NCBI GenBank assembly: GCA_016839765.1 | Contig: JAEOTP010000015.1 | Location: 15,978-79,977, forward strand | Length of the DNA: 64,000 bases | Direction of reading: 5' to 3' | Source of the DNA: Promethearchaeota archaeon | Lineage (GTDB): Archaea > Asgardarchaeota > Lokiarchaeia > Sigyniarchaeales > SOKP01 | In this document: piece after piece, positions 62,901 to 64,000 of the stretch | Numbering within the stretch: position 1 is the first letter of the stretch | Layout: each line of letters begins with the position of its first letter | Notes under the pieces: generated by a model | Told to the model about the DNA's origin: nothing | Seen by the model: the letters and a program-made list of their open reading frames with translations, nothing else | Database searches by the model: none | Program-made: the position numbers and the translations under genes

Positions 62901-64000
62901 TTATCCAATAAAACAAGATAAATTTCTTTGGTTAGATTTTTTCTTATAATCTCGCTTTAACAATTCCTCAAGTTCAGGAAATTTGAAAGGAAAAATATTT
63001 TCGAAAGCTCTCTTTAATAATTCAACGTACTTCTTTTGATCGTATTGATGTATCTTTTCATCATAGAGATCAGAGAGAATAACCTTCCGTTCAGGGAAAT
63101 CAGGATCGGCCTCTGCATTAAGAATAATATATCGTACATTTTTTCCAGGGGTTGCGATAATACCAGAATCTTCTAATTGTCTGGCAGCTACAGCTTGATA
63201 GGAGTTTACTTTATATGCTGATGGCTTACGAGAGATTCTTTGTTTGATTGTAAGCTCTTGGCGAGATATTTTCCCGGAATAGACTCTATCAGTATATTCA
63301 TAGAGTTTTCTTTTTGCCCTTGGAATCCTTTTTATAAACTCATCAACGGTTTGAGCGCCTTTGAATACATCAATAAAGGCACATTGGGCATCTTTCACAA
63401 TAGTGGGCATATCTCTGCGCCGAACTTCGATACCCCTAACTTTAATCTCTCCTGTACTTTTTATGCCCCAATAATGACTAAGAGCAGGAATATCTGGTTC
63501 AGCTCTAGAGGGAAGAAATACAATAATATTATATCTACCTTCCCAGCTCATTGGAATGCTTGTATGTTCCGATATTCTATCTGCAATTTTTTTAGTAATA
63601 TCCTCAAATTCCTCTGGTGATTTTCCCTTTGTATCTTGAAGCCATATGGAATCAACAATACCATGAATGATTTTGCAACTGTATGCTTCGGCAATTTCAG
63701 CTGCACGCATAAGAAATTCGCGTGCAAATGCACAAACGGTTTGATGAGCTTCAATTTTACCGAAGCGGGCATTTTTAAATCCTAAATATCCAAAACTTAC
63801 AACAAGCACCCATTTTAAGGCAATATCGGTAAATTTATAGCGAAGATTTCCTGTTTTTCGAACATATTCCTTATATTGCAACCTTTTTCTTAGAGGAAGT
63901 TTTATTGATTTTGAGATTATTCCTTCTCTTTTTGAGCAGATATGAAAATCCAATCCTGGTACTTTCATCCCTGTTCCATCATCTTTGCAGCATTTACAAT
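62901..64000 (-). CDS. Second family-B DNA polymerase paralog, C-terminal part (5' end outside the window), with a non-canonical motif C
   Basis: Motif B-like 'KWVLVVSFGYLGFKNARFGKIEAHQTVCAFAREFL' (compare Pfu-type 'KLLANSFYGYYGYAKARWY...SVTAWGR'). Motif C is 'IIHGIVDSIWL' instead of Y-x-DTD-S/G. The frame is open to nt 64000 (...CKCCKDDGTG precedes the listed Met). Confidence 0.8.
   Translation of the reverse strand, partial: CKCCKDDGTGMKVPGLDFHICSKREGIISKSIKLPLRKRLQYKEYVRKTGNLRYKFTDIALKWVLVVSFGYLGFKNARFGKIEAHQTVCAFAREFLMRAAEIAEAYSCKIIHGIVDSIWLQDTKGKSPEEFEDITKKIADRISEHTSIPMSWEGRYNIIVFLPSRAEPDIPALSHYWGIKSTGEIKVRGIEVRRRDMPTIVKDAQCAFIDVFKGAQTVDEFIKRIPRAKRKLYEYTDRVYSGKISRQELTIKQRISRKPSAYKVNSYQAVAARQLEDSGIIATPGKNVRYIILNAEADPDFPERKVILSDLYDEKIHQYDQKKYVELLKRAFENIFPFKFPELEELLKRDYKKKSNQRNLSCFIG

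Noticed and set aside
62293-64000. Calling the right-hand end a horizontally acquired island or casposon on the basis of higher G+C
   Set aside because: Composition was judged only by eye. Conserved enzyme genes elsewhere in the window (cooS, cdhC) look similarly G+C-enriched. No Cas1, integrase or terminal inverted repeat pair is visible within the window.
1-64000. CRISPR arrays, rRNA genes, IS elements/transposases, integrases
   Set aside because: I saw no regularly spaced direct repeats of CRISPR type. I also saw no rRNA-like G+C-rich blocks and no ORF with DDE/tyrosine-recombinase/serine-recombinase motifs.

Overview
This is a dense, strongly AT-rich archaeal chromosomal segment (by eye roughly 30% G+C, not computed). 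I can support about 55 genes across both strands. I saw no rRNA, CRISPR array, transposase or integrase. Archaeal markers are Alba, two family-B DNA polymerases, archaeal-type CODH/ACS subunits CdhB and CdhC, isoprenoid-lipid genes, and a tRNA with two bulge-helix-bulge introns. Together with two Ras-superfamily GTPase loci, this suggests an Asgard (Loki-like) archaeon, but that is inference only. Functional blocks: an orphan N6-adenine DNA methylase (1.9-4.0 kb); acyl-CoA metabolism (4.1-6.7 kb); CO dehydrogenase/acetyl-CoA synthase genes in a split arrangement (7.2-14.1 kb); scattered NAD salvage genes; a membrane-lipid block (27.7-33.0 kb); PolB (33.0-36.0 kb); a small GTPase with a TPR partner (39.7-42.5 kb); and PadR, radical SAM and AhpD-like genes (60.2-62.3 kb). 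The most unusual items are: (1) one 8.5-kb ORF (50471-58987) encoding a 2,838-aa protein made almost entirely of transmembrane segments with diverged internal repeats; (2) a tRNA whose unspliced sequence shows a His anticodon but whose intron geometry gives Thr(UGU); (3) a Rab-like protein with degenerate G1/G3 motifs and a ~140-aa insertion; (4) CdhB-CdhC lacking CdhA/D/E, next to a bacterial-style cooF-cooS operon; (5) a tandem beta-grasp protein without a Gly-Gly terminus inside the lipid block; (6) a second PolB paralog with an altered motif C beside a 600-bp ORF-free, palindrome-rich stretch. All family assignments come from motif recognition by eye. No database search was run.
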